A DNA stretch of 64,000 nucleotides from Flavobacteriales bacterium (GTDB lineage: Bacteria; Bacteroidota; Bacteroidia; Flavobacteriales_F; PHOS-HE28), in assembly GCA_018057455.1 (NCBI GenBank), contig JAGPDT010000009.1:4586-68585 (forward strand). The letters are read 5' to 3'. The notes beneath the pieces are model-generated. The model was not told the origin of the DNA, searched no databases, and worked only from the letters and a program-made list of their open reading frames with translations. Of this stretch, positions 9,545 through 15,260 are shown piece after piece. A program made the translations under genes and the position numbers. The first letter of the stretch is position 1. The number at the start of each line of letters is the position of its first letter.

Positions 9545-9743
9545 ACCGGAATGACCAAGGCATGGAGAACAGGCGGATGCATCCGGGACCGCGCCGGGCA
9601 TCCGCACCTGATGCGCCTTGGGAAACAGCCTTGAATGGCGCGGATGAACACAGCAAGATCCCGTATACCATGCAACCCCTTGTGCCCAAGCTTCCATCCT
9701 TGATCCGTGTTCATCCGCGTCCATTCAAGGGCCCGCCCCGATC

Positions 9744-10553
9744 ATGACCCCCATCCACGCCAACACCAAGATCGCGGCGCTGCTCCGTGCGCATCCGGAC
9801 GCGTTGGAGGCCATCGTCAGCATCTCGCCCAAATTCAACAAGCTCCGCAACCCGTTGCTGCGCAAGCTGATGGCCTCGCGCGCCACCATCGGCATGGCCA
9901 GCCGGATCGGCGGCTGTACGCCGGAGGACTTCTTCACCAGGCTGGAACCGCTGGGCTTCGTGGTGGACCGCGCGGTGGGCGAAGCCGTTGAAGAACAGGG
10001 CGCACCGCTGCCCGCCTTCATGCAGCTGCTCAAGCCGGAGCATGTGCAGGAGCTGGACGTGCGGCCCATCCTCAACCAAGGGCAAGACCCCTTCAACCTG
10101 ATCCTGGGCAAGGTGAAAGCGCTGAAGGCCGGTGAAACCCTGAAGATCATCAACGACTTCGAGCCCATCCCCTTGATCCAGCTCCTGGGCAAACAGGGCT
10201 TCGGGACGTATTCCAAGGCCATTGACGGGAACACCTGGCACACCTGGTTCTTCAAAACGGGCGAAAACAGGTTGCCCGAAGCCCCTGCACCCATGGACAG
10301 TGCCGGCTTCGACGCGTGCATGCAACGGTTCGTGGGACGCACCAGGACCATCGACGTGCGCCACCTGGAGATGCCGCTGCCCATGCTCACCATCCTCGAT
10401 GAACTGGACCACCTGCCCGCCGGCCATGCGCTGTTCGTGGACCACAAACGCATCCCCGTGTTCCTGCTGCCCGAGCTGGAAGAGCGGAAGTTCGAGTACC
10501 GCGCCAAGGAGCTCGGTGAGGGCGACGTGAAACTCTTCATCTTCAGGGCCTGA
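9744..10553 (+). CDS. DUF1858 + DUF2249 domain protein
   Basis: The N-terminus TKIAALLRAHPDALEAIVSISPKFNKLRNPLLRKLMA is DUF1858-like. Downstream modules are DUF2249-like: GETLKIINDFEPIPL and ALFVDHKRIPVFL. Confidence 0.7.
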   Translation: MTPIHANTKIAALLRAHPDALEAIVSISPKFNKLRNPLLRKLMASRATIGMASRIGGCTPEDFFTRLEPLGFVVDRAVGEAVEEQGAPLPAFMQLLKPEHVQELDVRPILNQGQDPFNLILGKVKALKAGETLKIINDFEPIPLIQLLGKQGFGTYSKAIDGNTWHTWFFKTGENRLPEAPAPMDSAGFDACMQRFVGRTRTIDVRHLEMPLPMLTILDELDHLPAGHALFVDHKRIPVFLLPELEERKFEYRAKELGEGDVKLFIFRA

Positions 10554-10674
10554 ACAACCCACCTGGATCGATCATGGTGAACACGGCCGGACACGGATGG
10601 CGCCCTTGCCAACAGCAAAGTCCACGACCATGCACGCTTCCTGACCAAGGCTGCTTTCAGCCGCCCAACCGATA

Positions 10675-11979
10675 GTGCGCACCACCATGTTCGGACCATC
10701 GCTTGGCAGTTCCGTGGCAAAGACCACTTCCCACAAGGTGGTGATCCCCTTCTATGCTTACGCCGCCGTCTCCTTCCTGGCGGCCACGGTGATGCTGCTG
10801 TTCGCCGGCGATGCATTCACCGGCCACTGGTTCCAGCCGCACCTGCTGGCCCTCACCCACCTGATGGCGCTGGGCTGGGCCACCATGGTCATCCTCGGCG
10901 CCAGCCATCAACTGGTGCCCGTCCTCATTGAGAACGACCTCTACAGCAACACCTTGGCGTACCTCTCCTTCGTGCTCGCGGCAACGGGGATTCCGCTGCT
11001 GGTATACGGCTTCTTCGTGTTCAACCTGGGTTGGCCCGCGCAACTGGGCGGCTCGCTGGTGCTGGCCGCGCTGCTGGCCTTCATCGCCAACATCGCCATC
11101 AGCATCGCCAAGAGCAAGCGTGAGAACGTGCACGCCGTGTTCGTCTTCACCAGCACCATCTGGCTGCTGCTCACCGTGAGCTTGGGGCTGGCGCTGCTCT
11201 TCAACTTCACCGCATCGGTGTTGCCGCGCAACTCCCTGCACTACCTCACGCTGCACGCGCACTTGGGCGTGGTGGGCTGGTTCCTGCTGCTGGTGCTGGG
11301 CGTGGGCTCGCGCCTCATCCCCATGTTCCTCATCTCCAAATACACCAACCCGCGCCTGCTGTGGGCGGTGTTCACGTTGGTGAACACGGCCCTGGTGCTG
11401 TACGGCGTGCAGTTCCTCTATGGCTTGGGCGCATGGCTCACCTTCCTGCCCGCGGCAATGGTGCTCGCCGCGCTCTTGCTCTTCGTGCACTACTGCCGGC
11501 AAGCCTACTTGCAGCGCATCCGCAAGAAGGTGGACGACCAGATGAAGGTGTCGCTGCTGGCCGTGGCCCTGTTGCTGGTGCCCTCGGCGGTGCTGCTGGT
11601 GTTGATCGCCGTGCTGCTTTCCACCCGCGGGGAACAAGCCACCGTGGTGCTGCTCTACGGCTTCACCATCTTCTTCGGGTGGCTCACCGCCATCATCCTG
11701 GGCATGACCTTCAAGACCCTGCCCTTCATCGTGTGGAACAAGGTGTACCGCCACCGCGCTTCCATGGGAAAAATGCCCGGCCCCAAGGACATCTTCAGCC
11801 ACCCGGTGTACAAGGCCATGGCCGTGGCGTACCTGGCGGGCTTCCTCCTCTTCGCCTTCGGCATCCTGCTGGCGAGCACCCCGCTGCTGAACACCGGTGC
11901 CATGGCCTTGCTGGCCGCTGCCGCACTGTACAACTGGAACGTGGGGAAACTGTTGACCCATAAACCCTTCAAGCCATGA
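10675..11979 (+). CDS. polytopic His-rich membrane protein (heme-copper-oxidase-subunit-I-like?)
   Basis: About 12 hydrophobic segments. The His motif recurs as THLMALGW and HAHLGVVGW, with GASHQLVP in addition. Position 10675 is GTG; ATG 10687 is an alternative start. The stop overlaps the next ATG (ATGA at 11976). Confidence 0.6.
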   Translation: MRTTMFGPSLGSSVAKTTSHKVVIPFYAYAAVSFLAATVMLLFAGDAFTGHWFQPHLLALTHLMALGWATMVILGASHQLVPVLIENDLYSNTLAYLSFVLAATGIPLLVYGFFVFNLGWPAQLGGSLVLAALLAFIANIAISIAKSKRENVHAVFVFTSTIWLLLTVSLGLALLFNFTASVLPRNSLHYLTLHAHLGVVGWFLLLVLGVGSRLIPMFLISKYTNPRLLWAVFTLVNTALVLYGVQFLYGLGAWLTFLPAAMVLAALLLFVHYCRQAYLQRIRKKVDDQMKVSLLAVALLLVPSAVLLVLIAVLLSTRGEQATVVLLYGFTIFFGWLTAIILGMTFKTLPFIVWNKVYRHRASMGKMPGPKDIFSHPVYKAMAVAYLAGFLLFAFGILLASTPLLNTGAMALLAAAALYNWNVGKLLTHKPFKP

Positions 11980-12302
11980 ACCATTCCGAAGAGAGCAAAG
12001 CACTGCTGGACAAGGCCTATGATGGGTTGAAGTCCGTGGACGACCCGGAGGTGGGCCTCAACGTGGTGGACCTGGGGTTGATCTACGAATTGGACCTGCA
12101 GGAAGCAGACAAGAAGATCACCTGCCTGATGACCTTCACCACGGAATTCTGCCCCATGGGCGAATCCATCATGGCCAACGTGAGCGAATCCCTGAAGATG
12201 AACGTGCCCGGCTACACGCCGGAGGTGACCGTGACCTTCGAGCCGCCATGGAGCCAGGACATGATCTCCGACGCCGGGCGTGAATTCCTGGGCAGCTACT
12301 GA
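11976..12302 (+). CDS. DUF59 / SufT-like metal-sulfur cluster assembly factor
   Basis: DPEVGLNVVDLGLIY...FTTEFCPMG is the DUF59 signature. Confidence 0.8.
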   Translation: MNHSEESKALLDKAYDGLKSVDDPEVGLNVVDLGLIYELDLQEADKKITCLMTFTTEFCPMGESIMANVSESLKMNVPGYTPEVTVTFEPPWSQDMISDAGREFLGSY

Positions 12303-12304
12303 CC

Positions 12305-12736
12305 ATGCTGAGCCTCACCTGCAAAGCCTCCATCAAGGCCGTGGTGTTCCTGGGCTCACGGCTCGCCACGGGGGCGCGCAGCAGCCTGAAGGAAGTGGCG
12401 GAGTTCATCGATGAGAACGAGCACACTGTGGGCAAGCTGCTGCAGCGGTTGGTGAAGGCGGGCCTCATCCAAAGCGCCAAAGGCCCCAAGGGCGGCTTCT
12501 TCCTCACGGCCAAACAAGCGGACCAGCGCGTGATGCGCATCGTGGAGGCCATCGACGGCGCCGACGTGTTCAAGCAATGCGGCCTGGGCCTGAGCCGGTG
12601 CAGCGACAGCCATCCCTGTCCCTTCCATGAAGACTTCAAGCCGATCCGCGAACAGTTCCGCGACCTCTGCAACGAACGCCGCGTGCGCGACCTCTACCAA
12701 GAGGTGAACAGCGGGCTGGCACACTTGGTGGGGTAA
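12305..12736 (+). CDS. Rrf2-family transcriptional regulator (NsrR/IscR-like)
   Basis: wHTH region KEVAEFIDENEHTVGKLLQRLVKAGLIQSAKGPKGGF, followed by three Cys (QCGLGLSRCSDSHPCPFH) as in cluster-binding Rrf2 proteins. Confidence 0.85.
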   Translation: MLSLTCKASIKAVVFLGSRLATGARSSLKEVAEFIDENEHTVGKLLQRLVKAGLIQSAKGPKGGFFLTAKQADQRVMRIVEAIDGADVFKQCGLGLSRCSDSHPCPFHEDFKPIREQFRDLCNERRVRDLYQEVNSGLAHLVG

Positions 12737-12869
12737 AGAGGTGCCCATTCCCTGCGGCAATCGGCTTGCGACGGAAGCTGCCGACCAAGCAAAGTCGCGC
12801 CGATGCATCCCTGCGGCACGTAGCTGAACGTGTGCAGGAACGCCATCCGCATGTGCAAGCTGAAGCGCC

Positions 12870-12936
12870 CGCAGGGTCTCGCGATGCGGACCCCTGCGGG
12901 GGGTATGTCGCAGGGTCCCGAGGCGGAGACCCTGCG
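12870..12936. repeat. REP-type double hairpin (H1-H2), copy a
   Basis: CGCAGGGTCTCGCGATGCGGACCCCTGCG, a 10-nt spacer, then CGCAGGGTCCCGAGGCGGAGACCCTGCG. Related copies lie at 16670-16754 and 23536-23604. Confidence 0.7.
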
Positions 12937-13261
12937 GGAGGGGGAATGTAGTGAGGCGGACCGCCCGCGCCGGGTCACGCCAAGACGTACCCATGCCTCC
13001 GGCATACAGGTCCGGTAAATAGCGGGTACAGCGATGGGACGTTCCCATAGCGTCTCGTGCTTCGTGCAGCAGATGGGTCCCGAGCTGCCTGCGCGAAGCG
13101 CTACGGCAGCCAAAGAGCGGAGACCCAGCGGAAGTTCAGGATACCATTACTTTGCCCACTGAAGTTCCGGGGGGAAATCCGAACGGTCACAGTGGGTTAC
13201 TGCTATCCACGCAGCCCGACACAGCCCTCGGAACTTCCTTTTTTTCCGGTGCTTGGCGGCA

Positions 13262-13960
13262 TCAGGCTTCTTCAGGCCAAGGCAATAAGGCGGTTCGTCC
13301 AGTGAGCACCTTGTCCAATAGTTGGCGGAACCGGCTGTCCTGCCCTGGCCGTACCAGCACATCCTGCCAACGCTCCCAAAGGACCAAATGCGGCCGCGCG
13401 AACGGATGGACCTCCAAACTGATCCCATCCCTGGACCGCCGGCTGCGCTTCAATTTGTTGCGCACGAATCCCAACGCCCATAGGTCTTGTTGGGGTTTCC
13501 CTTTCCCCACAAGCAGCTCTGCGGCACGCACGTAGCCCATCGCCTGCATGCGGAGAAGATCGGTGCCATACATGTACGGGTCGTTCCATGTGTACCAACT
13601 ATCGGCACGGCCCTGTGCATTGTTCCAATAGGACACTTCGGTGAAATGCCCTTCAGCTATCGATCGTGCTGCGTACTCATCACTGGCATAACGGAGTTCC
13701 ATGATCGCCTTGGGGCGGTACATCAATATGTCCGCATCCCGGTCCCAGATGAAGTGCTTTTCCCAGGCGGGCATTGGCACAACAGGATACCAGGTCCTCG
13801 GTTCTTCCGGCAGCCTCCGGCGCACGATGCCTGCTTCCACTTGGCGGGTTATTTCTTCTTCACTGCTGCCAAGCCAGTGCCCGTAGTCGAGGTACTGGCC
13901 ATATCCGTGCAATTTCGCCCAGCGAGGTATGTCCAAGTGATACGGGTAGCGGCGTGGCAT
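13262..13960 (-). CDS. hypothetical protein (232 aa, Trp/Tyr-rich), no family recognised
   Basis: Clean ORF with no competing long shadow frame and lower GC than the core genes. MPRRYPYHLDIPRWAKLHGYGQYLDYGHW... Confidence 0.55.
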   Translation of the reverse strand: MPRRYPYHLDIPRWAKLHGYGQYLDYGHWLGSSEEEITRQVEAGIVRRRLPEEPRTWYPVVPMPAWEKHFIWDRDADILMYRPKAIMELRYASDEYAARSIAEGHFTEVSYWNNAQGRADSWYTWNDPYMYGTDLLRMQAMGYVRAAELLVGKGKPQQDLWALGFVRNKLKRSRRSRDGISLEVHPFARPHLVLWERWQDVLVRPGQDSRFRQLLDKVLTGRTALLPWPEEA

Positions 13961-14004
13961 GGAGGCAATGTAGCACTGGCAAGCCCGATCTACCTTGCCT
14001 GCGC

Positions 14005-14877
14005 ATGATGAGCCAAAAACACGTGAGGGACCGTTTCAACCGGAAGCAGCAATTGGCCGCCGAAGGACATGCGGAGTTGTTGGACTTCATGCATGGTTCA
14101 TTTGCTCCTGTGATTGCATCCATTCCATTGTTGAGGCACGCCAAGAAGCATGGCATAGAGCCACTGTGTACGCCGGGCCATCTGCGAAGGAGCGACCTGG
14201 TGCGTTGGGGTTTGCTGGAGAAAGTGGTAACGGACGATGCGCTCGACCCATACGATGGCTATCGGCCAACTGAAGAGGGGAGCCGATACCTGCTCTATGA
14301 GGAGGCCTTTCAACTGCTTGCAATACGTAGCGGCTTCGCCAAGGAGCTGATGGACCGGCGCGAAGCTGAAGTGCAACGGGAATCCAGCGAATGTTTTGAG
14401 CAATTGGATCCAGGGGAGAAGACAGCGGCGATCTTCGCGATGAGGGAGTTCATCGGCCTGCATCAATTCAACCCCGACAAACAATGGGGGAACGCATGGA
14501 CACTGCGTGATCATGAAGGCCATGACCTGGTGCTGCCCATTGAATTAGTTCGTCGCAAGACGGCGCGGGAAGAAAGCCTATCGTTCATTGGAGGCATCGA
14601 GGAACTGTTCAGCAACCCGGATGAGGTGCGAGTGGTTGAACAGCCGGGCGGATTGCGCACGCACCGGTACATCAAGATCTATCCCGGTCTCGTGCTGTTC
14701 GGCATCGTGGCGATCGAAGGCGACCGGCCCGTGCGGATCGTTGATTGGTTCGGCTTCACATACGATCCAAGTTCAGCTGATTATACTGCGCAGAAGGAGA
14801 TCATTCGGCGGGACTGGATTGGTGAATGCATCCATGTTGGTCCGGAGCATCCATCAAAACAGGCCAAGAAGGAATGA
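14005..14877 (+). CDS. hypothetical protein (290 aa), no family recognised
   Basis: ORF 13774..14877 trimmed to ATG 14005 (MMSQKHVRDRF...), because the upstream part overlaps the divergent gene. The C-terminus is beta-rich: THRYIKIYPGLVLFGIVAIEGDRPVRIVDWFGF. Confidence 0.55.
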   Translation: MMSQKHVRDRFNRKQQLAAEGHAELLDFMHGSFAPVIASIPLLRHAKKHGIEPLCTPGHLRRSDLVRWGLLEKVVTDDALDPYDGYRPTEEGSRYLLYEEAFQLLAIRSGFAKELMDRREAEVQRESSECFEQLDPGEKTAAIFAMREFIGLHQFNPDKQWGNAWTLRDHEGHDLVLPIELVRRKTAREESLSFIGGIEELFSNPDEVRVVEQPGGLRTHRYIKIYPGLVLFGIVAIEGDRPVRIVDWFGFTYDPSSADYTAQKEIIRRDWIGECIHVGPEHPSKQAKKE

Positions 14878-14988
14878 GCGGTTCTCGCTCCTTATGAGCT
14901 GCAACCTGGACTCCGTTCCTTCCCGCGCCGGGTCACGCCAACAAGGACCACCGGCAAAAAGCGGATCCTGCGCTGGGATGGGCCTTGC

Positions 14989-15164
14989 TGTGCGCCCCCC
15001 GCCGTACGGCGGGTCGTTCACACTCTGGTTGCGGTAGTTCTACGCTGTGTGACATCCTTCGGAGTCACCAATTGCACCTCACCAAGTGACCCCAACGGGG
15101 TCACAAAGCGTAGCATGCTGACAATCTCCGGCGGTTCGACCCGCCGCATGGCGGGCGTCGCACA
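14989..15164. repeat. nested palindromic element, copy B
   Basis: TGTGCGCCCC..GTCG ... CTACGCTGTGTGACATCCTTCGGAGTCAC ... GTGACCCCAACGGGGTCACAAAGCGTAG ... CGAC..GGGCGTCGCACA. The arm order matches copy A (5940-6104). Confidence 0.7.
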
Positions 15165-15260
15165 AGATCCCCTTTTTGCAGGGAGACAAAGACGCATCTA
15201 GCCTGAAGCGAACTTCCCCCATTCCCGTGCCCTTCCTACTTTGCCCCTTCACATTCCACC

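Noticed and set aside
7826-9724. 632-aa ORF antisense to the DUF2249-RIC gene. The same applies to similar long antisense or alternative-frame ORFs at 557..1690, 1763..3397, 6009..7673, 15249..17243, 26840..29689, 34108..36054, 49301..51160, 59438..60727 and 62012..63136.
   Set aside because: These are shadow ORFs, typical of high-GC DNA. Their products are low-complexity (G/A/R/H/V/P-rich) with no motifs, while the opposite or alternative frame encodes proteins with clear family signatures.
13774-14004. N-terminal extension of ORF 13774..14877, which would give 367 aa.
   Set aside because: The extension overlaps the 5' part of the convergently placed minus-strand gene 13262..13960 and has an Arg/Ser/Cys/Leu-rich, non-protein-like composition. 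ATG 14005 gives a non-overlapping divergent arrangement.
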